Source: Hormiphora californensis
Taxonomy: Eukaryota; Animalia; Ctenophora
Direction of reading: 5' to 3'
Assembly: GCA_020137815.1 (NCBI GenBank)
Contig: CM035357.1
Coordinates: 1,798,001-1,862,000, forward strand
Length of the DNA stretch: 64,000 nt
This document shows, in pieces, positions 14,936 to 28,900 of the stretch. A model generated the notes under the pieces. That model saw only the letters and a program-made list of their open reading frames with translations. It was not told where the DNA came from and did no database searches. A program made the translations under genes and the position numbers. The number at the start of each line of letters is the position of its first letter. Positions within the stretch are counted from its first letter, which is position 1.

Positions 14936-17900
14936 TTACTCCGCCTTTGACTTGAGCACAACTGGGTTGAGAGATTTTAAGAAGTTCTTGAAGCTTGAAT
15001 CCTCGCACTGCCAAACCATCTTGAGTAGGAAAACAAAGCTTAGTCCTCCAATAATCACATGAAGGACATGACCTGAAAAAAAATTGCTGAAGACTTGGCC
15101 TTTTTTCACTAAATTCCCCTAACATACAGGGTGATTTTTCTGATAAATTGTTGGGGAAATATAGGTGCAATCTGTATCGTTTTAGGATCACTGGAAAATA
15201 AATGTATAATCAATTAGAAAACCAAGCTGCAGTGACTCACCTAAAAAGCTCTCAGTCAGATCAAATACGAATTTGGTGAGCAAACAGGCCCCACCACACA
15301 CGAGAATTAGGGCCAGTTCGGGGACAGAGGGAATGGCCCTGTGCAGCACGTCGTAACCTCCAAAATATTGGCAAATATACCTGGGAACAGTGTGATCTGT
15401 TACTCAACAATGTTTTGTTATTATATTCAGCACGCTGAACAACTGTATGGCGGCGCCATACCCCATTTGATTCTCAGATGGGTCGCGGCGCCAGACAGCT
15501 GAACAATGTGTCTAGAATCTAGCTCTGAAAATAGTTCAGCATTCTAGACTCTAGAATCCTATTTTCAGAGCTTGTTATGTTCTAACCATCCTATACAGTC
15601 ATACACAATATATTTGTAAGAGGGTCGAGCAAGGTAATTTCAGAGAATGGACAGGAGAACTAAAGCCTATAAAAAAGCACTGAAAACTCAGTGAAGCTCA
15701 CACTGCTCTCTGTCTGAGGATTTGGCAAAGTACCAAAAACCTTGTTTTGTTCAAACTCTTTTTATTTTTTTTTCGAACAAAGCAATGAAAACCTACCTCA
15801 TGCTGAATGTGATTCTGATCAGCATATTTCCAATGTTGGCCATGATGAAACCAACTGAGCCAAATACATAGGAGAGACACACGGATAGGGCGAGGAAACA
15901 AACTGCAGAGAAATTAAATATATTAGATTAATAGTGAAACTAAGTGTTAGTTAGTAAGTTCGTTAAATGTTCGTTAATCATTACATTAAATGCTAATAAA
16001 CCTGAGAATGGTAGTAACTTCCAGTTGTATCTCTCAACCTCCCTCTGGGACATTGTCGCAAAATAGTAGCACTCACTGACGCCGTTTATTCCACACACAG
16101 CAATATAAGGACAGTGCCAGAGCAGCAATATTGGTCCCTCACTGTTCGCTAGCTGGTAGCCCCCGTATAGAAGTAGAGCCACCCGGGCATAGGACATGCC
16201 ATATATGGTCACAATGATGCCGAATAAGGAATTGAATCGGAGAAGGTTGCCAAGGGTTTCCCTGCATGTAGCAACTGCATCTGCACTCTAGAGGGGGAAA
16301 ATGAGATGAAAATGGTCTGAACAACTAAAAACTGCAAAAAAACTTGGCCACTTTTGGAAAAAAAATAAAGAAGTTTATTTGTCAGATAGTTGTTTCTTTG
16401 ATGTGCTAGATCTCATCCGGATGATGTGGAGAGTATTGGGTGTAAACAGCAAAAACAAGTGGGTTAAAACGTTTTGGATTTGATATATCCTTTATCAAGT
16501 TGTTTCACCAATACGAAATACAATACAAAATACAAAATAAAATACAAAAAATATACAAAATACTTCGCCGGCTTCGTTTGCTGCGCTTCGCGCGGCCCTA
16601 GTGTAGGGGTGACCGCGTCACCAAACAAAATACAAAACAAAATACTAACACATTATAATTTCACCTGATTCTGTACAGGAATCCCTCTGTGGATCATCTG
16701 CGCAAAGAACACATAGTAACTGTCTTCCACGTGCTTGAACCCAACACGAACCACAATAGCAGCTAGCTTTGAAACCGTACTAAACACACCTAGATCGAGA
16801 TGAGATCTGATAATTAACTCATAATTGGTTCATGAAATGAACAAACTGTCACATATATTTGCCTGTGATCAGTTTATTTGATCACAGAGAAATATGCGGT
16901 GTGAGCCACAAACAGTTTGTTGCACTGACTTACTATGTGCTATCCCTCATTATTTGGGGCGCGATGAGAGAAGGTCGATAGGAAGCACTGACCTTGTTGA
17001 GCAAAGGAAATGACGCTAAAGAATGTCATGACGTATTCTTCTCCCATCGTTAGAACCTGCTTTAGTATCGTCTAGAGGGGGGGGGGGTAGACGGGTTATA
17101 GTTCATGTTGTATTAGAACAAAAGACTTTTGTGATTTTGAGTCATGAATTTTGTCAAAAGTCATGATTCAAAATCACAATTCACAAATAAAGTTCAACAT
17201 CTCACAGAACATCACAAACAGAACATTACCAATATAGGTAGTCTACCTGAACGAAGAAGCTGATGGTGAGGGAGATATGATGTGTGGAGATAGGTTCTAG
17301 TTGGGTTGGTGGGGTGATACGGCCAGTGTCGTTACCACGTGATTTCAGTATGTATAGGATCCAATACACTACAATGTAGAGGCAGCTATACACTGCCATA
17401 CCTGCAGGAGAGAGAGGGGGGTTATAAAATGTAGAGGCAACTATACACTGCCATACCTGAAGGAGAGAGGGGGGGTTGAAAAACTGAACGAACTGCGACC
17501 TCCATCCCAGCAAGAGAAATCAATGATAACGAAATAACCCCTCCCTTGCCAGTGCTTGAAGGGATGGGTTATTTCGTAACCAAGAGAAATCCCACTGCGT
17601 CACTCACCGATAATAAAGGGGAGGAGTGATGATGAAAAGTGGGCAATTATAACCGTCACAGCCGTCTGGGTCAGACTTGAAACCAGCTCAACCACTATCT
17701 GAAAACAAGAATTTGTATTGCAGGGGCTGGTAGTGAGACCCCATACTTCGCTGTGTGCTACGCACAAACGACTAGCAAATTTGAGTGGGCTGTACGGAAA
17801 AGCGTGCTAAGGGAGCAAATAACGGAATTTTTCCAAATTTTTTTCACTGTGGGATTCACAAGGCCGTCACCTACAGCCCAGTGAAATCCCGGTGAAAAAC

Positions 17901-18716
17901 AGTTAATTTCAAGGTTCGCAGTGATCAAAACAGTAAACAACTTCATTTTTCAAATTTTTCCATTTTTGGGAGGGTAGAGCTCTTTACCAGACTGTCACTA
18001 AAAATTGAGATCAAAAATCGAAAAAAATCGTCAATTGAGTATCTCAAAATTGTCCATTTTATCGATTCCCGGGTTGTTTGGGACTCCTAGGGCAACCGTC
18101 TAGGGTGCAACCTCAAAAAACTTTGAAAACACCGGATTTTTTTGAGCCGGAGAAGTATGGGGTCTCACTCTAAGTCACGTGATCTCGGGCTAGAGAGAAC
18201 TTGGTATCGCGTGATTAGGCGATTAAGTGAGACCCCATACTCAGTTGTGCACGTATACGTATGTATCTCTCTCTCTCCCCTTCGTCTAGATGCCATTCTC
18301 ACTTCTTGAGTGTAGTGTTGCACACACAAGAGGGGGGGGACCCTTCACCCAGTCGATCTGTTCAGAGCAGGTGCAGTAGCTGCACATAAAAAACAAAAAT
18401 TAGTTTATATCAAAGCAAAATTCACTTTACCCGACTAATTTTGATACGCTGAATCGCATGAGCAACATTTCAAAGTTAGAGGTGGGGAAATTTCCCTAAT
18501 TGAGTATAATTGGGCATAAGATGGGGATAATTGAGCCTATAGTTTACCAATCTTCTCCTTTTCATATTTTATTGATGGTAGATACTCCTCCGACCCTACT
18601 ATTTACCCCATCAGAATCCTTCAGGACCTTCTAGACACCCATCATGTCATGCAGACTGAATATGACTAGCAGGGTCTGCTTTCCGAGGGGTGTGTAGTAG
18701 GATAACTTACTGCCTT

Positions 18717-18815
<99 letters not shown>

Positions 18816-19813
18816 ACACTCACTAACTCACTCACTCACTCACTCACTCACTCACTCACTCACTCACTCACTCACTCACTCACTCACTCACTCACTCACT
18901 CACTCACTCACTCACTCACTCACTCACTCTCTCTCTCTCTCTTTCTCTCTCTCTGCAGCCTGCAAACCCTTAAAGTGAGAGAGAACAGCCCCGATTTTGA
19001 TGAAACTTGGTCAAAATAGTGTTTGGTGTCTGATTAGAAGTCAAAAAATTTTTAGTGCCCAAATCCTAAATTCAGGATTTTTAGTTTTTTAGGTTTTTCG
19101 GCTTTTATGGATTTCAGGAACGTCCTAGAACAAAATGAATAGAACCATCTTTCTCGGCGTTAAATTCTGCATCGAGTATAGTGGTTGTAAACCTTTCTAT
19201 GACGTAAGGTTCAGAAGTTATCGCGAAAAACCCCAAACGGGTACATGTGTTAGGGGCGGGTTCATGTTTTAGGCTAACGGGCGAACCTCTTGATCTACGA
19301 TGTAAAAAACCTTACCACATGTTTTAACCAAACGGGTATGCTTCATTCAGTAAGGTTTTTTAGGTTTCATTCGTTACACAGACATCGCAGATCAAAATGG
19401 TTTTCACTAAAATGATCTCCTTATCAATACGCGTCGATTGACACCCTATAACATGGTGTTCTGACAAGAGGTTCGCCCGTTAGCCTAAAACATGAACCCG
19501 CCCCTAACACATGTACCCGTTTGGGGTTTTTCGCGATAACTTCTGAACGGGAACCTACGTCATAGAAAGGTTTACAACCACTATTCTCGATGCAGAATTT
19601 AACGCCGAGAAAGATGGTTCTATTCATTTTGTTCTAGGACGTTCCTAGCTGAAACCCATAAAAGCCGAAAAACCTAAAAAAACTAAAAATCCTAAATTTA
19701 GGATTTGAGCACTAAAAATTTTTTTGACTTCTAATCAGACACCAAACACTATTCTGACCAAGTTTCATCAAAATCGGGGCTGTTCTCTCTCACTCTAACG
19801 AGGGTTTGCAGGC

Positions 19814-19861
<48 letters not shown>

Positions 19862-22800
19862 GTGAGTGAGTGAGTGAGTGAGTGAGTGTGTGTGTGATTG
19901 AGTAAGTGAGTGAGTGAGTGACTGAGTGAGTAAGCGAGTGAGTGAGTGAGTGAGTGAGTGAGTGAGTGAGTGAGTGAGTGAGTGAGTGAGTGAGTGAGTG
20001 AGTGAGTGAGTGAGTGAGTGAGTGAGTGAGTGAGTGAGTGAGTGAGTGAGTGAGTGAGTGAGTGAGTGAGTGAGTGAGTTAGTGAGTGAGTTAGTGAGTT
20101 AGTGAGTGAGGTAGTGAGTTTGAGAGAGAGAGAGAGGAGAGAGAAAGGCAGTAAGTTATCCTACTACACACCCCTCGGAAAGCAGACCCTGCTAGTCATA
20201 TTCAGTCTGCATGACATGATGGGTGTCTAGAAGGTCCTGAAGGATTCTGATGGGGTAAATAGTAGGGTCGGAGGAGTATCTACCATCAATAAAATATGAA
20301 AAGGAGAAGATTGGTAAACTATAGGCTCAATTATCCCCATCTTATGCCCAATTATACTCAATTAGGGAAATTTCCCCACCTCTGAGGACTTTGAAATGTT
20401 GCTCATGTGATTCAGCGTATCAAAATTAGTCGGGTAAAGTGAATTTTGCTTTAATATAAACTAATTTTTGTTTTTTATGTGCAGCTACTGCACCTGCTCT
20501 GAACAGATCGACTGGGTGAAGGGTCCCCCCCTCTTGTGTGTGCAACACTACACTCAAGAAGTGAGAATGGCATCTAGACGAAGGGGAGAGAGAGAGAGAT
20601 ACATACGTATACGTGCACAACTGAGTATGGGGTCTCACTTAATCGCCTAATCACGCGATACCAAGTTCTCTCTAGCCCGAGATCACGTGACTTAGAGTGA
20701 GACCCCATACTTCTCCGGCTCAAAAAAATCCGGTGTTTTCAAAGTTTTTTGAGGTTGCACCCTAGACGGTTGCCCTAGGAGTCCCAAACAACCCGGGAAT
20801 CGATAAAATGGACAATTTTGAGATACTCAATTGACGATTTTTTTCGATTTTTGATCTCAATTTTTAGTGACAGTCTGGTAAAGAGCTCTACCCTCCCAAA
20901 AATGGAGAAATCTGAAAAATGAAGTTGTTTACTGTTTTGATCACTGCGAACCTTGAAATTAACTGTTTTTCACCGGGATTTCACTGGGCTGTAGGTGACG
21001 GCCTTGTGAATCCCACAGTGAAAAAAATTTGGAAAAATTCCGTTATTTGCTCTCTTAGCACGCTTTTCCGTACAGCCCACTCAAATTTGCTAGTCGTTTG
21101 TGCGTAGCACACAGCGAAGTATGGGGTCTCACTACCAGCCCCTGATTGGGGTCTTAGGATTTGTCTTATTCAGCTTGAAAAGAACAATATATGACAGGGT
21201 ATACGGATAGGAACAAGATTAGAGGGGCCCTGATTTGCTCTCTAATTAGAGCCCTCCATCACATCAATTTATCGCTCTTCAAATCCGTGGCACCCCACAT
21301 ACCGGGCACCGGTTGGTAATGAAATTACCCCTCCGCGAAAGCTCACGGATATATAGACCCCGCCGGCTCAAATAGACGCACGGCACGCTCAAACAATTTG
21401 CACTGGTCTATTGGGCCGTGCACTGCCGTGAGTTTGTGTCTCGATAGACGCACGCCCTCTGACAGATTTGTGTAAAGATCACAAAGAATCACTGGAAACA
21501 CGATAAAATGACATGACAACACAAGAGGGAGTGTGTGTACAACCTACAACGCTCTCTGTCTAGACGCTCGGGATTTACAGGGCTGTAATGCACGGTCCCT
21601 TCGGGACCCGTGCATTACAGCTCAATAGACGCACTGCTCTGCAGTGCGTCTATTGAATAGATGCCCGCGCGGGAGGGAGTTATGTACTACAGTCGGACCC
21701 CGATTTAGTGGCATCCTCGGGGGAAAAAAATCCTGCCACTAAATCGGGGTGCCACTAAATCGAGGTGAGCCATATTTGGCCCATAAAAACCTATTTTATG
21801 CCCAAAATGCTATACTAAAACTAAAGACACCTCTAACTGTTATATGCAATATTTATGTATTGATGACATGATCATTTCTGATTAGAAATAGAAAACTATA
21901 AAATAATTTTTTCAAAAAAATTGTGAAAAATTTTCTAAGTTATACCGGCCCGTCCGATTTGTGTTTCGAATCGGTGCAGTTTACTGGATGTCCTGTCTAA
22001 TTAGCGGGTTCGAAACGAACCGATACGTGATACCATGCCGAATTGAGGCACCCTAAGCGGGTGAGGAAGTATCAAAATTTGAAAATAACTTTTTCTCTCA
22101 AAATTTATGGGGAGCACCGATCAAAGCATTGACAATCTTACTGTAAAATTTTGCAAAAAAAAAATTTTTAAAGGTATACCAGCCACGTCCGAATCCTGTT
22201 TCGAATCGGTGCATCTTATCGCATGTCCTGCTGCTAATTAGACGGTTCGGAACGAATCGAAACGTGATCCCCATTGAATCGAAATTTTGACGCTTGGTGA
22301 GCTTTTAATTCAATGGCCCCATGGGGATCATGTATCGGTTCTTTCCGAGCCGTCTAATTAGCAGCAGGACATGCGACAAGATTCACTGATTCGAAACACG
22401 ATTCGGACGTGGCTGGTGGTTCTTTGAGAAATTTTCAAAAAAATTTCAAAAAAATTTCACAAAAAAATTCAAAAAAATTTTTGGGGGAAAAAAATCCTGC
22501 CACTAAATCGGGGTGCCACTAAATCGGGGGCCACTAAATCGGGGTCCGACTGTATATATGCAATAATAGGGGAGACTTCGTAACCGAGGGCACCGGCATA
22601 AAAAAATAATAGTATAAACAATACAACGGCAGCCAATGGAGGGATAACATACCGGGGCTCTGATGTGTTGATGGTTCAGCAGGTAAATGTGAGGGGGTTC
22701 AGCCAACATCTCCAGCACACCCGCTACCCCAAACACCACGCAACCAAGGGTGTAGTAGGACTGGTCGGGACGCTCTAGTAGGTAGACCCACACCAGGGTT

Positions 22801-24500
22801 AACAGTGTGCCGAGAACTGAACTACAGGGGGAATAGAAGGATTAGACATTAGAACTGGGGGGATGGAGAGTGATTAGACATGATTGCATTCCCAAATCAC
22901 GGATATATGGTATTTGATCGCTCCTTCCAGAAATCAAATTCAGTCATCAAGTGCCCCCTCCCACCTCAATACCACCTTCTCTCCGGGCTACAAAACAACC
23001 CAATATGTACCATGTGTGCCCCTTTCCTACCTCAACCCAATACCATGTGCCCCCTTCCTACCTCAACCCAATACCATGTGCCCCTTTCTTACCTCAACCC
23101 AATACCATATGCCCCTTCCCTACCTCAACCCAATACCATATGCCCCCTTCCTACATCAACCTAATACCATATGCCCCTTTCCTACCTCAACCCAATACCA
23201 TGTGCCCCTTCCCTACCTCAACCCAATACCATGTGCCCCTTCCCTACCTCAACCCAATACCATGTGCCCCTTCCCTACCTCAACCCAATACCATGTGCCC
23301 CTTTCCTACCTCAATGGCATAGAGATCCACAATAAACTGGATAGCTGTTTCCACTGTTCGGGGGTGTGTTTTGTAAGGCATACCTTCCTAAGGGGTTCTC
23401 GGGAGAGAATTTGAATTGTCGCATGGAGGAGGGCCAGTCGGATATACACCACACCCAGAACCTGTGTGTGAAACGGGGGTAAATTCAAACACCACACCTA
23501 GGACCTGTGTGTGAAACGGGGGTAAATTCAAACATGGTAACCTAGGACCTGTGTATGAAACGGAGGTAAATTCAAGCATGATAATCAATAAAGTATATGA
23601 CCCTATGTTCGACTGTCGCAGACCCCATCTGAGCGCACTGAGAATCAAATCGTGCCGCCAAACAGATTGTCGATATAATTTAGAATAATTAACTGCACCT
23701 AAAACAATTAATCTAACGTAATTAACTGCACCTAAAATAATTAACCTAACGTAATTAACTGCACCTTAAACAGTTAATCTTGATTTACCTCGGTTGTAAC
23801 CAGTCGAATGAGATACCCATTTGCAAGGAAGGAGATTACCTTGAATAACACCTGTCAGGGAGATGTACTTTGTAAATATCCCTGGATGTTGGCTTTAGTA
23901 CAGTCGGACCCCGATTTAACGGCCCCCCGATTTAGCGGCACCCCGATTTAACGGACAAACCCTTGCCACCGAGAGTGCCGTTAAATCGGGGTCAGATTGA
24001 TATCTAACGGGGAAATAGTACTAGATTCCACCAGTTATATAATGAGTTTGCAGGAAGGGGGCCACAGGGCTGTTGAAACTGGCTCTTAATTAGTGTTCAT
24101 TTTATTTGCAACTATAGAATCACATACACACAGTCGCCCCCACACATACAATTAGCACACACGGCACACATTTTTGACGAAAAGTTACAAAATATCAAGG
24201 TTTATTTTACTTGTTTTCGCTCGTGATCAAGGTAATTTTGAGGGTGCAAAGCTTGCAAGGACAGCCGCTCCTGTACCCCCGGTCTCTCTAGCATGATGCG
24301 TCCTAGAGGTATACATGTGGTGTGATGGATTGCAGGGGATTGCAGAAGATTTGGGGAAACTGTATCATGTGGGGATTGGGGAAATGTGAAGGGACTGTCA
24401 GGGATAGTATAATCATGCAATTGGATCACCCCATTAGGATCTTGATTACCTGAGCGAGGGCGTTACTTGAGGCCGCACGTCCTGCTACAGCGGCATCCAT
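14936..24500 (-). CDS. RFT1: RFT1 homolog (Man5GlcNAc2-PP-dolichol translocation protein), about 12 exons
   Basis: Exons read MDAAVAGRAASSNALAQ/VLFKVISFLANGYLIRLVTTE/VLGVVYIRLALLHATIQILSREPLRKVCL/...LEMLAEP/LKQVLTMGEEYVM...QQGVF...VEDSYYVFFA/CGINGVSECY/GFIMANIGNMLIRI/...KSKAE*. Confidence 0.93.
17721..21144. mobile_element. 3.4-kb fold-back element with mirrored (CT)n/(CTCA)n microsatellites in an RFT1 intron
   Basis: caggggctggtagtgagaccccat...atggggtctcactaccagcccctg; arms about 17721-19292 and 19465-21144, spacer about 170 bp; attg on both flanks. Confidence 0.92.
21690..22552. mobile_element. Long (about 860 bp) member of the CAGTCGGACCCCG TA-flanked family
   Basis: Same termini as the short MITEs; internal direct and inverted subrepeats; no transposase ORF. 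Confidence 0.85.
23005..23315 (-). repeat. About 10 copies of a 30-31-nt unit containing the RFT1 donor ttgag|gtagg
   Basis: Plus strand cctacctcaacccaataccatgtgcccctt abuts the exon end at about 23309. Confidence 0.93.
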
Positions 24501-25521
24501 GGGTAGCTACAGAGAAGATAAGAGGGTTAAAACTTTAGGGAAACAGGGAGGGGTCAGGGAAGCAGATAAGCCGTGTGGGAAATTATTATATCGGAGGAGG
24601 TGAGTCAGCAGAACTAGGAGCGCGCAACTACCATAACACCTGAGACCCCGCGCGCTACGCAGAACAGAGAGAGAATTGTGCGACAGACATCTGACCCCCA
24701 CTTCATCACCCCCTACCGATTTAGCTAGTACAGTCGGACCCCGATTTACCGGAACCCCGATTTACCGGGAGGAAAAACTTCCCCCGATTTAGGAAATTAA
24801 CGGTGTATCACCCCGATATACCGGGCACCCCGATTAACCCTTTCCCCCGAGCATCCCGGTAAATCGGGGTCTGACTGTATACTAAACCGTCATCTTTGAA
24901 TTCTAACCCTTATATATGCGGGTGATTGCCTTCGTCAGTCACCCGGGCAGGAAAAAATTAGTTATAACTAAATATGATAAAAAGAAGGGGTGATGAAGTG
25001 GCATGGGGGATCAGGTGTCTGACCCAATTACGCAGCCACTTGCAATATTGAGTCCCTTGGAACCAAGTTAAGATTGGAATATGTGAGTGCCCTGATGGAA
25101 TATCATCTTACGCTCCGTCATTTCTCCATTTGTAGTTGGTCCCTCCCCCACACATACCGCCACTGCACCTGGCGCTGTACTAGCATATATTGTATGACCA
25201 CAAAACTGCACATTTCTTTAGTCTTAACTTCAACTTTTCCTGTTTGTAAATTTCAATACCTTGGGTCTTTGGTGTTAACTCTACTTTTGCTTTCAATTTT
25301 GTGATTTGTAATACATATAGCACATATATAAGTATATATATATATATATATATAAGTATATATATATATCAGGACTGGAAACGGTGAAACTATTACTAAA
25401 TGTCTTCTGAGCCCTTCCTTGTTTGTGCACTGTAATAAATACTTAGCGTCATAGTTACCCATACCCGGGCGGTATGCGGTTTGCTCAGCGTGTGGCTAAG
25501 TAACCCAAAAAGTAGATATAC

Positions 25522-25962
25522 ACTGTTCCCCTAGAAGCTGTGGTATAGACACTGTTCCCCTTATTTTCAAGTACCAAAATAACTCGTGTTTCCTTTGTGA
25601 CTGTTCCCCTAGATAAAAGCTGTGTCATGTGGTGGTTAGTATTGCTCCTCCCCCTAATAAGACTCCCCTAATAGATAGACACTGTTCCCCTAGAAGCTGT
25701 TTCATGTGGTGGTTAGTATTGCTCCTCCCCCTAATAAGACTCCCCTAATAGATAGACACTGTTCCCCTAGAAGCTGTGTCATGTGGTGGTTAGTATTGCT
25801 CCTCCCCCTAATAAGACTCCCCTAATAGATAAAAACTGTTCCCCTAGAAGCTGTGTCATGTGGTGGTTAGTGTTGCTCCTCCCCCTAATAATACTCCCCT
25901 AATAGATAAAGACTGTTCCCCTAGAAGCTGTGTTATGTGGTGGTTAGTGTTGCTCCTCCCTC
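25522..25962 (+). repeat. 77-nt tandem array of the hexosaminidase 5' acceptor, ATG and signal-peptide start
   Basis: ATGs at 25627, 25704, 25781, 25858, 25935; the first four read MWWLVLLLPLI(R/I)LP*. Confidence 0.93.
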
Positions 25963-28900
25963 TAGTACAGGGGGATGATGAAACCTTTACTTTCGAGTGT
26001 AAAAACAGCATATGTACCAGGACCATACGACGTAAGAAACGTGACGTCACTCAATATCTAATTAATTAATAATTAATTAATTCTAATGACATCTTTTTAC
26101 TAATTTCATTTCTCCTACCGATCAATAAACACCCAAACTTTATCACAATTTAACCCTCAGCGGAAAGTATTGACTACCACAGCCTTGAGACGTGCATGCT
26201 GCTTTGCAGAGCTCCTGTTTGGCCCCGTCCTTCCTCCATGTCTTACACCTCAGAACTGAAACTACTGGATAGTGGGGCCATCTTTTTTGAAATAATTGGA
26301 GGCAACTCTGCAGAAACTGCTGTGAATGACTTCAAAGCTCTTTTTCCTACGACGGATGATGAATCAAAAGTACAGTCGGACCCCGATTTAGTGGCATCCT
26401 TGGGGGAAAAATCCTGTCACTAAATCGGGGTGCCACTAAATCGGGGGCCACTAAATCGGGGGCCACTAAATCGGGGGCCACTAAATCGGGGGCCACTAAA
26501 TCGGGAGCCACTAAATCGGGGACCGACTGTAATTACAGTCGGACCCCAATTTACCGGGAGGAAAAACTTCCTCCGAGCATCCCGCTACATCGGGGTCCGG
26601 CTGTACCGTGTACATATTCTTAATTTTACACCCATTAATTTGATATACATTTCCGAAGACTCTATCTATGACCATATATGATATATATATATATATATAT
26701 ATCTCCTTACAGGGAAACAAGGTGACGATAACCTTTGTAACAATTGACTACCAAGAGGATGACGTGTACACTTTAGATACTCAAATGGAGGCGTATACAA
26801 TAGGATTACGTGCTGATGATGCTACTGACGGAATTGATATAAAGATCACAGCTAGCCCACTGGTAGATACTAGATTGGTAACGAACAGGAACCGACCGAA
26901 TCGGCAAATACTGGTCCCTGATTGGCTGATAACCAGTCACGTGACCTAAATAACGAGTTCTGTTTGGTTGTTTACTTGTGTCGGTCGGTTCCTGGTAACA
27001 AAATTACCCCTCGTCTTAGCGTGCCTGCAAGGTAGGGGTAATTTCGTTACCAAAATGGTAGGTAGGTTTTGCAGAACTTATCATTGTCATAATAAGTTCA
27101 TGTGTTGCCGCGTTCGATATGAGTCTCATGATCAATCGGTTGATATAGTACTACTAAAGTCGGATTTTTTGAAGTTGTCACCCCAAATGACCGTGCATGT
27201 GAAATTCACACGTTAACATGTGATGTGATAATATGAAACTCGACAACTAAAATTACATTACTTCAGGGACAGATTAGAGCTATGCAGACCCTCAGCCAAC
27301 TATTTGTTGTGGATCCATCTGGTCTTATCTGGACACTTGTTAGTAAGTTGAAATGCTAACTAAGTACTATGTGGTGAGCTGAAGTAATTAAAATTCTAAA
27401 AACACGGAGATATACCACTTTGTACATATTATTGCGATAACAGCCTCAGTTGTGAGGGTGAAGCTGCAGGAACCGATCGAATCAGGAAATACTGGTCCCT
27501 GATTGGCTGATAACCAGTCACGTGACCTAAATAACGAGTTCTGATTGGCTGTTTACTTGGAGTCTTATACAGTTATCCTAGGTGTTGATGTGAATGATAA
27601 ACCAGCATATAAATGGCGAGGATTATCGGTTGACACTTCCAGAAACTTTATCTCTGTTGAAGCTATTAAGTAAGCTGTGATTAGATTTAGTAATCAAGTA
27701 AGCTATTATAATTTTATACATTATCACAACATACAAACTGATAACTGAAAAACATTTCCCAGGGAGATAATCAAAGGATTGGCTGCATCTAAGATGAACA
27801 CGTTTCACTGGCACCTGTCGGATAGCCACAGCTTCCCCTTTGAAAGCAAAAAGCAGCCAAATCTACCAAAATATGGCGCCTATAGTTCAGACCAGGTAGG
27901 CGAATGGAAATGACAGTGAAATGGCCAGGAACCGACACAAGTAAACAACCAATCAGAACTCGTTATTTAGGTCACCTGATTGGTTATCAGCCAATCAGGG
28001 ACCAGTATTTCCTGATTCGGTCGGAAATGGCCACCATACAAGTGTGATTTGTGATATATAGAATCTCACTCATCACTGTCAAACCGTGGCATATACACGG
28101 CCAACAAACATTTTGTGTAACAGGGAAAAGGGAGAAGACACGAAAAAAAAACAGGTTAATGTTAGCACGGACAAGACACAAGAAAAAAGTGTCTTTATAT
28201 CTGTCACCACTCATCCCCTCTTATTTATATCTCATCATTATAGGTTTACACAGTAGACCAAATACGGGAAATAGTGCAGTACGCCCAGGAGAGAGGAGTC
28301 AGGGTTCTACCAGAGTTCGATGCTCCTGCACATGTTGGTTACGGCTGGCAGTGGGGCAATAACAAGGATGAAAATCTAGGTATCTAACCATCTGTATATT
28401 GTGTATAAGTTGGTAACGAAATTACCCCTCGTACTAAGGAATCTGGCATCGTTTTAGCCCGCAAGGTAGGGGTAATTTCGTTACCAAATAAATGAGGGGG
28501 AGACAGATGAAACAGTTGCCATGGTAACAAGGGATGATCTCAGTAACAAAATGTCTTAGGTGAGTTGCTATCTTGCTTCCAGAAGACGCCCTGGGAGAAG
28601 TACTGCCTGGAACCGCCCTGTGGACAACTCAACATCCTTAATGAGAATATTTACCCAATTATAAAGGTAATATTAGCTCATAATATCATTTGTAGAATAT
28701 AATGACCAATCAGGGATCCTACTATTTTAAAGTCTAAGATGTGATATATGTAGAGAGGTGGGTGATCGGATTATATATGTCTTTGTATAGGAAATGTGAA
28801 TACAGTCGGACCCCGATATACCGGGCCCCGATTTACCGGAACCCCGATTTACCGGGAGGATAAACTTCCCCGAATATAGGATTTGAACAGTATTTGACCC

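Noticed and set aside
17758-21107. Identical 62-aa ORFs on opposite strands as a gene pair
   Set aside because: A consequence of the fold-back arms; no protein features
22880-23414. Three overlapping repetitive ORFs (PQPNTMCP...)
   Set aside because: They are translations of the 31-nt donor repeat on the strand opposite RFT1
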